Shown here: positions 41,315-53,059 of the stretch, one piece after another
Layout of the letters: each line of letters begins with the position of its first letter
Position numbering within the stretch: position 1 is the first letter of the stretch
Source of the DNA: the human T2T-CHM13v2.0 reference genome, Homo sapiens
Length of the DNA stretch: 64,000 nt
Reading direction: 5' to 3' (one strand)
NCBI RefSeq assembly: GCF_009914755.1
Contig: NC_060930.1
Position numbers and translations under genes: made by a program
The notes under the pieces: generated by a model
What the model saw: only the letters and a program-made list of their open reading frames with translations
Told to the model about the DNA's origin: nothing
Database searches by the model: none

Positions 41315-41597
41315 TTTTTTTTTTTTTTTTTTTTTTTTTTGAGGCTGGAGTGCAGTGGCGCCATCTTGGCTTACTGCAAGTTCTGCCTCCTGGGTTCACG
41401 CCATTCTCCTGCCTCAGCCTCCCCAGTAGCTGGGACTATAGGCGCCCGCCACCACGCCCAGCTAATTGTTTGTATTTTTAGTAGAGTCGGGGTTTCACTG
41501 CGTTAGCCAGGATGGTCTCCATCTCCTAACCTCGTGATCCGCCCACCTCGGCCTCCCAAAGTGCTGGGATTACAGGCGTGAGACACTGCACCCAGCC
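41315..41597 (-). mobile_element. AluY with short deletion next to the tail
   Basis: Y diagnostics; long T tract; TSD ggtaaatc (41307 / 41599). Confidence 0.95.
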
Positions 41598-43495
41598 CGG
41601 TAAATCATTTTTAATTCTCAATTTTTCTAAAATAGTTTACTATAGTTTCTGAGGGAATAAATCTGCTCTATGTCCAGAATTTTGCTCTTAGGATTTATGT
41701 TGTTTGTAGGCTCCTAACTTAAAAAAACGTTATCTTAAAAAACAAAGCAAAACAATTCTGTCCATAGCAATTAGTTCACTGGACTGTAATATATTTTTAT
41801 TTATCTTCTCTCAGTGCATTGCATAGTCTTCAAGGATAAGGAGTTGTGTTTTATTTAATTTTGAATCTCGTGGGCTTGACACAGTCAGGGCTCAGCAAGG
41901 GTTTTATAGAATAATGAATAAGTAAATGAACTCAGAGCACAAGGTGAGCAGAAATACGAATATTTACCTGATAAACTGGGACACAAAGATGGCCACTCTG
42001 ATTTGAGTGAGTATTACTCAGAGCCGGGTAGGCTGAATGTGGAGGTTTTCAGTATTCACAAGTTATCTTCAAGGGCCCATGGCAAGTATAAATTTGTACT
42101 CAGTTTGAATTTCACAGGCTTTGACAAAAACACATTTGTGAGAGAATTTCTTCTCGCATGAGTGCACGTAATTGGCCACCTATCAATTACATTTAAAACT
42201 GGTGTACAAGTATCCAGTTAGCCTTTCATTGAAGAAAGAGAGGGAAAATAATTTTTTGTAGTAACTGCGTTCCAGAATTTGGAGATGCTAGAAGGCCTCC
42301 AGAATCATCCTTTGAGAAGTAGTGATGGTCTACACTATCAAAAATGATTTTTAAAAAAGTTTAATGTAAAATAAATATAAAATTGGGATTGTGACAAGAT
42401 TAGGTAGATTAGGGGAAAATGACCTAGACAAGTTGCTATGAGACAGTGAGCAGGCTCCTCCACCTTACAACCTGTAGTGTGTGTAGGGGTCTCATTGGAA
42501 TCCACTGTCACTCCAGGTCTTCTTTAGTAAAGGGATCAGTTTGCTTGGACTTATCCAGCTGTATCACATGCCCGAGGCTGTCATCCATTGTGCCATCTCT
42601 ACTCCTCCACCACCAGCTGAGAGTGTGTGAGTGAAACTTGGTCCAAATAGGAAAACTGAAAAGGGCTAAATTGCAAAGGCACACACTTCTGGCAGACAAA
42701 GGTGCAATTTGTGGGTCGAACTGGCACAGTTCACAGTCCACTGATTCCTGCCTCTCCTCTTTTTAATACTTCTGACAACAGGACAATTTATGTGGTAGAG
42801 GATGCCTTTCTTTTTGTTTTCTGCCGCCCGAAAGAGTAACACTTTACTTTTCATCTTTTATTATCTGGCTAGCTGTTCACTAGTGAGGCCAGTGTCCTGT
42901 CATCTTTCTATATTTGCAGAGCATAACCTTGACATATTGATACCTTTGAAGGCCTCCCTAAGTGTACGCACTCATTTATGAGTTGAAACTGCATTGTTTC
43001 TGGCTAATTTATCCTGAACCAGATTTTACACACTGACCCAGTAACTTACTTTGGGCATATTGAGGAATTTGAGTTTCTTCAACGCTATTCTATTATATTA
43101 TAAACAACTATATTTTCCTGGGATATGACCCAGGCAACATAGTTCTTTTATAATTTTCTTTGTAGTCAAAGCTTCTCCTCATTGGATAGGAAAACTCAAA
43201 GTACTAGGTAGGAATCAAGACTTGTTGGATGGAAAAGAAGCAGAGAGAACAATAGTCAGCCTCATTCGCTAAGTGAAGACACCAGGTTTAATCAGCTGAA
43301 GTGCCCCTTAGCTAAACTAAAGCTGGGTTGAAGTTCATTGCAAGGGTAGAGCAGAAACTTGGTCTTATTTACTTACTGCTTAACAAGTATTTATTATCTG
43401 TTTAGTGACTGGGATTATTAATAGGAGTAAGATTAATTTTTTGCTCTTGAAGTGTTCATGATGCATTGAAGAAGATAGATAAGAATCAACAGTGC

Positions 43496-44264
43496 CCCTA
43501 TGTACTGCTGGTGGGAATGCAAATTAGTACAGCCACTATGGAGAACAGTATAGAGGTTCCTTAAAAAACTAAAAATAGAATTACCATGTGACCCTGCAAT
43601 CCCACTGCTAGGTATATACCCAAAAGAAAAGAAATCAGTAAATCGAAGAGCTATCTGCACTCCCATGTTTGTTGCAGCACTATTCACTACAGCTAAGATT
43701 TGGAATTAATCTGAGTGCCCATCAACAGACAAATGAATAAGAACATGTGGTACATATATACAATGGAGTACTATTCAGCCGTAAAAAAGAATGAGATCCT
43801 GTCATTTGCAAAAACATGGATGGAACTGGAGGTCATTATTTTAAGTAAAATAAGCCAGACACAGAAAGACAAACTTTGCACGTTCTCACTTATTTGTGGA
43901 AGCTAAAAATTAAAACAAATGAATACATGAAGATGGTAGAATGATGGCTACTAGAGGCTGGAAAGGGTAGTGGGGAGTGGGGGAAAATGGGGACGGTTAA
44001 TGGGGAGAAAAATGTAGTTAGATAGAATGAATAAGATCTAGCATTAGGTAGAAAAACAGGGTGACTACAGTAAATGTAATTTATCATACACTTTAAAATA
44101 ACTGAAAGAGTATAATTGAATGTTTATAATACAAAGAAATGATAAATCCTTGAGGTTATGGATACCCTCTTTACCCTGATGTGATTATTGCATCATATGC
44201 CTGTATCAAAATATCTCATGTACCCCATACATATATACACCTACCATGTACCATAAAAATAAAA
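43496..44264 (+). mobile_element. L1MA 3' end, 5'-truncated
   Basis: ggtgggaatgcaaattagtacagccactatggagaacag...; 15-bp TSD aagaatcaac(a/g)gtgc at 43481 and 44265. Confidence 0.93.
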
Positions 44265-45829
44265 AAGAATCAACGGTGCTGGGTGCTGTGAAAGAGGCAA
44301 GCTGTGTGCGCTGACATGGGGCACGGGGTGGGGACATCTCACACTCCAGATTGGGAGACTGATGGAGGAGAGACAGGCACATTTAGGGGGCCCTCACCAC
44401 CATCTGATGGCTAAAGTTTAAACCTTGATGTTCGGAGATGTTAGGAACTTGATGTCCTTGAGTCTTAAATGTAAAGAATATGTGCTCAGAGGTGAAGTTT
44501 TCCCTGCTGATTCAGAGGAAGCTGACTCTCAGCCCCATGGAATCTTTTGAACTGGGAAGTCATTACTATTTGATTACTCTGTTATCACAGAAAACTTAAG
44601 CAAACATTTTTTGGCAAGAGTAGCAACAACAATAGCTGTTTTGAAAATATTCTTTCATTTCATCGTCTCTGTTAAGGACGTTGCTTATAATTTTTGTAAA
44701 AACCGTATAAAATAGTACTAAAATAGTATTACTCTACCTATTTTGTGAAAATGAAAATAGACATATAGAGATGTTAACTTAATAATTTAGGCACTCAGGT
44801 AGTAAGTTTTAGAGTAAGGGTTTTAGTCCATAATATACTGCCTTTTTGCAAATCCCTGTTTTTAGCTATATTAAATCTGCAAAAATTGCAATCTCTTACT
44901 TAGCCCAACTTATCCTTGCCAGAAAATACTTCTTGAATGATGTCTCTGGCTAGCTTCTAAAATTCTTTAAAATGCACATTTTTAAGTGTTTAAGGAATAA
45001 GACTCACATAAACAATTTTAGAGAAAGGAAACAAAAAGATTACATTCTAATATGAGAGATAGCAGGATACAAGAGCAGAATTAGATTGTTGTTCTGAATG
45101 TTGCTGAAAATTCTTTACCCCCTTGGACTGGAGTTTCTAGAGAGTTTCCTCCTCTACAAATTAAAGATGTGACCTACCTGATCTTAGCTCTCTCTTCCAA
45201 CTCTAAAATTCTTTTTAGGATTTTAGATGTCATAAGGAAGTTATGACATTTCTGTCATGATTTGTGAACCAAGGAAGAACTTTGTTTCTTTGGAGAGATT
45301 GTCAAAACTGGCCACATTCTTGTCTGTGACAGTCGGGGAAAAATTCCATCTCAGGGCCATACCACAAACACTGTTTTGAATTCAGAGTATGCCCATCCAT
45401 TTTCTCCATGGGATGTGTAGGGGTTAATGCATATTTCTTGGTTTCTAATGTTTTGCTGTAAGGATCTGATTTAAAAGCTCATTTCCTTACACACCAGGAG
45501 CAATGTTTGTAGGTCAAGCTCCCACACTGTGAAATATTTGAACTCTCTAGGAAATATCCTGGGCGTATGATTTAACTTTTGGCTCAACTTGGTCTTGAAT
45601 AGGGGTGTTGGAAAATATGGAACAGGGAGAAAGAACCTCACCAACACTGGTGCAAGAGCCTCAGTTTATTTCTGGCCTGCAATAATTCTTGCCAGTCACC
45701 TTGCATCTTGATTACTACATCGTTTCACTGCTTTCACAAGCAAAACTGAACGCTGGCTCTATCTGCCTGCTCTGCTTTCCTGCTCAGGAGAGTAATCACT
45801 CTGGATGAAAAGACACATCTCCTGACAGA

Positions 45830-46670
45830 ATAGGGAATGCTAAACAACTGACTGCGAGCCTCGAGCCTTCACAGAGTCCTTAGCAGTTCCTGTCAGTGCT
45901 TTCACTTGTTCGTAAGTTGTTGAACTCTCCAGTTCCCTCAGAGATTTCCAATGCTCACCACACTTCTGCCCCCTTTTAGTGCCCTCTTTCTCAGTCTTAG
46001 CAGATGATCTTGCTGTTCCTTTAGTGAGGACAGTTAGGTCCCAGGTAAGCCCTCTATCAGCCAACAGCTGGTACCTACCTGCTGTCCTTCTTCACATTCA
46101 CGTGGGTTCCCATGATCTGTCTTCCTGTCTCAGAGGAGGGCTTGCTCCTTTTTCAGGTCGAAGTCCTCTAGGCCACTGACCTAAATCATGAATCCTCAGG
46201 TCACTCTGAACTCTGACATCTCATTCCTATAGTCATTGTCCCTGTCTTGTGTGCCTCCACCCTCTCCTCCACAGGTTCCTAAAAAGGGAAACTGGCTTTG
46301 GTGCTATTTGTCCTTCTAGCCACCATCAAGTCTCTCTCCTCTTTTTGAGAACTCAAAATTTCCAAAGGAGTGGACTGTACCCCTGACTCTGCTTTCTTAC
46401 CTCATACAGGTGTCTGGCTTTTGACTCCACCATTCCTTAACTGCTTTCACTAAGGTCACCAAAATTCCCTTTTCATCAAGATGTGATTGGCCTTTTGTGG
46501 TCCATGCCTTCATGGGTCTGTGTGTGGCACTTGGCTAAGGTGACCAATCCCTCTTCTTTAAAACATGGTGTTGCTTCCTTTTTCTGACATTATGTACTTC
46601 TTTTGGTAGTCTCCATCCCAACCGGGTTGTGCTTCTCTTGCACGCAGGCTCCCCTTCCTCTGCCATTATG
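45830..46670 (+). mobile_element. L2 ORF2-region fragment
   Basis: tcagtcttagcagatgatcttgc...tctggcttttgactccaccattcc...aactgctttcactaaggtcacca. Confidence 0.6.
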
Positions 46671-46736
46671 GAAAAGTTCACCGAAGGCTGGATTGGGTGG
46701 TCATTATGAGTGAAGGTTTTTGAGTCAGATTGTCTC

Positions 46737-46907
46737 CTTTTTTTCCTTTCTTTTTTTGAGACAAGATCTTGCTCTGTTTTGCCCAGGCTGGAGAGAAGTG
46801 GCCTGATCACAGCTCATTGCAGCCTTGACCTCCAGGGCTCAAGTGATCCTCCCATCTCAGCCTCTTAAGTAGCTGGGGATACAAGCATGCACCACCATGC
46901 CTGGATA
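46737..46907 (-). mobile_element. AluJ right arm
   Basis: gatcacagctcattgcagccttgacctccagggctcaagtgatcctccc. Confidence 0.9.
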
Positions 46908-47218
<311 letters not shown>

Positions 47219-48529
47219 CCAGCTCATCTCTTACTATCTGTGCTTCCATAGGTTCTTAGTAAACTCCTCTGTACCCCAGTTTCATCATCTTTTAAAATGG
47301 ATTTGATAATATTTCACATTGTTAAGAGGATGATTAAATCAGATAATGCAGGAACAGCACTTAATGTGTTCTTCTTTTTTTCAGAAAGAAAACTTAATCA
47401 TTATGAGATAATTATATAAAGCAGCAATCAGAAATGAAAGATCAGGTTTCCAATTTGCAGTTTTACAATAACAGCACGCCGATATTCCATCATGCTTTAG
47501 GCTTTTCCAACTGTAAATATTATAGGAACTCTTGGAAAAATAAAAGAAAGGTGCTTTTCTGAATTTGTCATGAAAGAGCCAATTAGAATTTTTAGTTATT
47601 GAGGGACATTTTGAGGGATTTTAGAGCATCTAAGACTTAAAATAACAGGACATCCAGTTTTGATGACTACTGGAGATTTTTTAATAACGTTACTACAACT
47701 AAAATGAAAATTCAACACCACAAAGAATCTCAAAAGCACCTGCATTATACAATTATAATATATAATAATATATAATTATATACAATATATAATATATAGT
47801 ATATAATTATATATACCTGGATTATACAATTAAAGCAAGTCATGATTAGATTAAAAATAGGTAAGTTCAGCCTTTATTTCTGATAAATTAATACAATTAC
47901 CAGGGATTTTCTGGCTTCTAAATATAAATATGATAATAAAGTATACCTGAACCAAATAAGGTTGATTTCAAACTTAAGTGTGGAGCCCATCATAAATTAC
48001 AGCAAATGACCATTAAAATTCTCATAAAATTATGATACATGAATTTTAAAAATCTTACAATTTTGACTTGATATTTTTGCTATTTCTTATTTGGTTATCC
48101 TAAAAAATAAAAAACCTATGTCAATATTTCAGATTTCTGTTGCACTTTTCCCCCCAAATCTCTATTTAACTATTTTGATCGGAAGTTTACAGAGTCTTCT
48201 GAAGGTCATTAATCCTGCAGAATGTTAAGCTATTGCTTAGTAAATTTTTTTTACTCACTAAATAATATTTTGGCTTTCTAATTTTTTGAATCTGAACATC
48301 AATTATAATTTTATGTATCAGTGTGAAATGAAAGATTAAACTTCATAAGTCAACTATACTATTAGATGGCATAACTTTGATGTAACACCAATAAGGAGAT
48401 GTAAATTTATCTGCATATATATACCATATATGTGTATATGTGTATATATATAAATGCACACAATATTATTTACCTATATAATCAAATGTCATGATTAAAT
48501 TATCACTTAGATAATTAGATAGGTAGATA

Positions 48530-48606
48530 TTAGTTTGGTGCAAAAGTAATTACAGTTTTTGCCATCACTTAATGGCAAAGCTGCAATTACTTTTGAACCA
48601 ACCTAA
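48530..48606. mobile_element. MADE1 (Hsmar1-derived MITE)
   Basis: ttagtttggtgcaaaagtaattacagtttttgccatcacttaatggcaaagctgcaattacttttgaaccaacctaa; TA TSD on both sides. Confidence 0.93.
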
Positions 48607-48739
48607 TAATTAGCTATGTACATAAAGACAAAACTATATACAAGAGCCAATAGAACACTGTATTGCTTATCAATTATTTCCAGGCTCACTTTAGACCGAC
48701 TGCCTTAGTACTCAAAGATGTTTAATATTGTTAACATTT

Positions 48740-48928
48740 ATTGCTTGGTTATTGTCTGCAAACCACTGATCCCAACACAACAAGCCAACAAAACAGGTGC
48801 TGTTAATAACCTTATTATAGGCAAGAGGAAAGGGAGGCGGAGGGAGAGTAAGTAATTTGCCCAGCATCACATAACTAGATGCTGGTGGAGTCAGCATTAA
48901 AAAGAAAGCTGCATGGCTCCAGAGACTA
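48740..48928 (-). mobile_element. MIR that received the PINX1 retrocopy insertion
   Basis: aagtaatttgcccagcatcacataactag...ggctccagagact, resuming as ccagagactgtgttcttaa at 50296. Confidence 0.65.
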
Positions 48929-50295
48929 TTTTTTTTTTCAGAGTTTACAAAAATGTATTTGTTTATGAAAGCCATGATTTAGAACATTTAAAAAAAGCCC
49001 TCCTGGGAACATAACTTGGGGAGAAATGTGGTGAGAGGGCGAGACTCGGCCACCCACAGGCATGTCACAAGATGTGCCCCGGCTCTCTGGGGTGAACTCT
49101 GCTCTGACTTCAGGCCAGAGGTGTCTGCCCCAGCAGCGCCCTGACAAGCTGAGTGGTCGGAAGGCCCTGGCTGGAGAGAATTCATTTGGAACCTTTCTTC
49201 TTTTTCTTATTTTTCATTGGTGTTTCTTTCAGCGTAGTGTCCATTGCTACCTCTACTGGCTTTGCGGCTTTTTTTTTTTCCTCTTGTCTTTTTGGGCTTC
49301 AGGGTGAAATCCTGGCCATCAGGTGGCTGCACACAATTCCCTGCACCCTGAGCAGAGGCCTCAGAACTCTCTTCCCAGCAGAGGCCTCTGCACTGTCCGT
49401 CTGTCCGTGCTCTTTTCTCCTTGGATGCCGACTTCTGGACCTTGTCTCTCTTAGGCTTTCCCTCTTTAGGCCGCTTGGCCTTAGGCTGTGTTGGGGGGTA
49501 ACTCTCCCCATTTTTACCTGTTGCCTCTTTGTTTCTTTTCTTCCCCCTTTTGCATTCCACTTGGGTCTTGGAAATGTCAGGCCCTGGAGCTGCAACCTGG
49601 GGCTTGTTCTTCAGTGCTGCCATTCGCTTGGCAAAACGCTCCTGGATGGTGAAGGCATGGGTTGTCATCGTGGTTTTGTTCTGTCTGGAGTGGAGGGACT
49701 GGAATTACCCTCGGGAGTCTTCTTACTCTGTTTTTTCCCAAAAATGCAGTCACGATCTGTTTTGCTCCGAGATGATAGATCCTTTTCTTTTGTAAATTTC
49801 CTATGATGAACACAGTTTTTGAAGATTTTGGAATTTCTTCAAGACTAAAATATTTCTTTTTCTTGTTGTCTAAGGAGTCTGCTGTTTCCTGCCTCTGACA
49901 AGTGTTCAGTTCCGCCAGAAGCCAGTTAAAATCATCTTGATGGGCAATCCAGTTGGCTTCATTATTGATTGTAGCTTGAAGTCCCAGGTCGTTATTTTTA
50001 ACTTGAACTTTAATATCATCTGGGCCTCCTTGCTCCTGAACCCCTAAACCCCTTCCTTTAGACCATTCCATCTTCTCTAGTATCCTCTGGCCAAATTTAG
50101 AATCAGCATTACTCCAGGCAGTGTTTTGAGTATTCACAGCCCACTTCTGCTTCTGCTGCTGCTCAGCCAGCATCAACATGTCATGGAGACTGTGACACCA
50201 CGACCTCCAGACCTGAAGGACTTCGGCCACTGGGCGGGCAGCAAGATCTGGGACAATCTGGACAGATGGGACTCCCTTGCCAGGTGGACAGCAGC
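48929..50295 (-). pseudogene. PINX1: Processed pseudogene (retrocopy) of PINX1 (G-patch protein / telomerase inhibitor); CDS-homologous span 50179 to 49182
   Basis: Translations match PINX1: MLMLAEQQQKQKWAVNTQNTAWSNADSKFGQRILEKMEWSKGRGLG..., KDLSSRSKTDRDCIFGKKQSKKTPEG, AFTIQERFAKRMAALKNKPQV, DFTLKPKK...KKKKKGSK*. Intronless; poly(A) remnant at 48929-48938; TSD CCAGAGACT (48919 / 50296); frameshifts near 49834, near 49682 and in the A11 run at 49269-49279. The symbol denotes the parent gene. Confidence 0.96.
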
Positions 50296-50379
50296 CCAGA
50301 GACTGTGTTCTTAATTCCTAGGTGAACTGGTTCCCTTATTTCACTGAATCCTTGTAACAACCTTAGGGGTAGGTGCCCT

Positions 50380-50460
50380 TTAGGTTGAAGTATATGAAAT
50401 TGCTAATATTTACCCATTTTAACTTAATACACAAACAGCACTTTCATCTGCTACAACCAC
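50380..50460. mobile_element. MADE2-like mariner MITE
   Basis: ttaggttgaagtatatgaaattgctaatatttacccatttt...cactttcatctgctacaacc. Confidence 0.65.
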
Positions 50461-50470
50461 ATAGCATTCC

Positions 50471-50648
50471 TATTTTATATTTTATTTTATTTTATTTTAT
50501 TTGAGACAGGGTCTTGCTCTGTCTCCCAGGCTGGAGCGCAGTGGTGTGATCATAGCTTACTGCAATCTGGAATGCCTGGGCTCAAGCAGTGCTCCTGTCT
50601 CAGCGTCTTGAGTAGAGGGATTACAGGTTCAAGCTATGGTGCCCAGCT
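50471..50648 (-). mobile_element. Alu monomer (FRAM/AluJ right arm) inside a MIR
   Basis: (TTTTA)n tail, gagacagggtcttgctctg...tgatcatagcttactgca. Confidence 0.88.
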
Positions 50649-51858
50649 TATCCTCATTTTAATAAGTGGAAACAGTAGCTTACATTGTTAAGTAACTCAC
50701 CCAAGGTCAGGTTGTGTGGAATGGAGCCAGGATTCAAATCCAGGGCCGGTGGATTTCACAGCCCATCCTTGCCATTACTCTATATCACAGTAGTATGTTT
50801 TCTCATTACCCTTGTGATCTAATCTCTTTGTCCTCATTCCTTGCACTCAAACCACTAGGCAACCAGTGTCTTTGTAGTCCCCAGATTCAAACTACTTTTG
50901 GATAAGTACCTGTTGTTCTACTACCACTTCCAATCATGTTTAGCTTCAAATTTTATTGTCACTTCCTTTTCCATTGACTCTTAGACCTTAATGGCTCATG
51001 CTAATAAATTTTGGTTCTCTTCTGCTTCTCAAATTGTTTAATAAATTTTCCTTACAAGTAAAGTATCATATACTATGTGAGCTCTAGATGAAGACTAATT
51101 GGGGTACTTAGTAATTTCTGCAAGAAGCAGAAGTCCTATTTAAACTTTTAATGAAGAAGACACAGTATATCCTTATTAACAGGCGATAAGTAGTTTTGCT
51201 TTGATATTTTCCTCTATGACTTGTTTGGCTCTCATATAAATTATTGAATAGCTGTCAATATTTCCAATTCCTATTGAACATTTTCCTCAGGGACCCAGCC
51301 TCACAATGGATACTAAGCTCTGGTTGAAGTGCAGATTCTTATTCTAATTAGGTTAATGGAGTATATGTTTTGTGAACAGGAAGTTCTTTACTGTAGAATA
51401 GTTATCAAAAATTCCCTGTGGGACCCAAGGACAAAAGAGATCAATATTTTACTGGCAGAAAATTTCACTAGAGGAAACTTCCTTTCTGTGTCTGCTGATT
51501 TTTCTGTGGTCATTCATTAGAAAGCCTGACCCAATGGGGTTATAGACTTTGGGATGGTTATTGCTCTCAGCATAAAGGAAGAAGTCAAGAAGAAACAAAT
51601 CTGTTTTAACTTTTCTTAGAAGGAAACATCACAAAACAGCTCTTGGAAAGGACATGGGTATTAGTCTTTTCCACAAGCACATCATGTTAAATCCTGTCAT
51701 CTGCATTCATGGACATTCATATTTATACAGCGCTTTCTGCAGCATAAGTCCAATAAATAATACATCTCTTCCATTTCACTAATTCTGAGGTAAGTTTGCA
51801 ATTATAACAACTAGGCAATGGATTCATGTTTTAAGCAAAGGGCACATTTTAGGCTTGC

Positions 51859-51971
51859 TAGGGTGACCAATTGCGGTAGTTTTTCCATATCCATCCTGGT
51901 TTCAGCACTGAAAGTCCCTTGTCTTGGGAAACTCTTTAGTCCCAGGTGAATTGGGACAGTTGGCCACTGTA
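51859..51971. mobile_element. MER81-like hAT-Blackjack MITE
   Basis: tagggtgaccaa...ggtttcagcactgaaagtccc...gggacagttggccac. Confidence 0.75.
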
Positions 51972-51979
51972 GGTTTGGA

Positions 51980-53059
51980 TATCGGGGGACCAGCCCCCGA
52001 TATTTCAACATAGGTTCTTTTCTATTTTCTCTAAGTGTTGGCCGGTCTGATAAATAAAGGGAAAGAGTACAAAAGAGAGAAATTTTAAAGCTGGGTGTCT
52101 GGGGAAGACATCACATGTTGGCAGGTTCTGTGATGCTCCCTGAGCTGCAAAAGCAGCAAGTTTTTATTAGAAATTTTCCAAGGGGAGGGAGTGTACGAAT
52201 AGGGTGTGGGCCGCAGATATCACATGCTTCATAGGCCAATAAAAGATCACAAGGCAGAAGGTCAGAGCGAGATCACAAGGTCAGGGCAAAACTAGAATTG
52301 CTAATGAAGGTCCATGTCCTGTTGGGCACACATTGTCATTGATAAACATCTTAGCAGGAAACAAGGTTCAAGAGCAGAGAACCGGTCTGACTAGAATTCA
52401 CCAGGCTGGAATTTCCTAATCCTAGCAAGCCTGGGGGTGCTGCAGAAGACTAGGGCGTGTTTCATTCCTTATCTACAACTGCATAAAGCAGACACTCCCA
52501 GAGTGGCCATTTTAGAGACCTATCCCTGGGAATGCATTCTCTTTCTCAGGGCTGTTCCTTGCTGAGAAAAAGAATTCAGCAATATTTCTCCTATTCACTT
52601 TTGTAAGAAGAGAAATATGACTCTGTTCTGTCTGGCCCCACAGGCAGTCAGGCCCAATGGTTACCTCCCTTGTTCCCTGAAAATCACAGCTATCCTGTTC
52701 CTTTTGGATGCCCAGATTTCATATTGTTCAAACACACATGCTGTATAAGCAATTTGTGCAGATAATGCAATCATCACAGGATCCTGAGGTGACATGCATC
52801 CTCAGTTTACGAAGATGATGGGATTAAGAGATTAAAGTAAAGACAGGCATAGGAAATTAGAGAATTGATTGGGGAAGTGAAAAATGTCCATGAAATCTTC
52901 ACAATTTATGTTCAGAGATTGCAGTAAAGACAGGTGTAAGAAATTATAAAAGTATTAATTTGGGGAACTAATAAATGTCCATGAAATCTTCACAACTTAT
53001 GTTCTTCTGCCATGGCTTCAGCCCGTCCCTCTGTTCAGGGTCCCTGACTTCCCACAACA
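51980..53059 (-). mobile_element. MER11 (B/C-like) solo LTR of HERV-K11/HML-8, full length
   Basis: Reverse strand starts tgttgtgggaagtcagggaccc...gaagccatggcagaagaacataag and ends ggtcccccgata; 1080 bp; perfect 6-bp TSD TTTGGA (51974 / 53060) typical of ERVK. Confidence 0.93.

Noticed and set aside
49153-49806. 217-aa plus-strand ORF
   Set aside because: Antisense shadow of the PINX1 retrocopy; starts at GTG; Leu/Phe-rich as expected from the complement of Lys/Glu codons.
50180-50230. N-terminal extension MAEVLQVWRSWCHSLHD in the ORF track
   Set aside because: Starts at GTG in the 5'UTR-derived segment; the PINX1-homologous start is the ATG at 50179.
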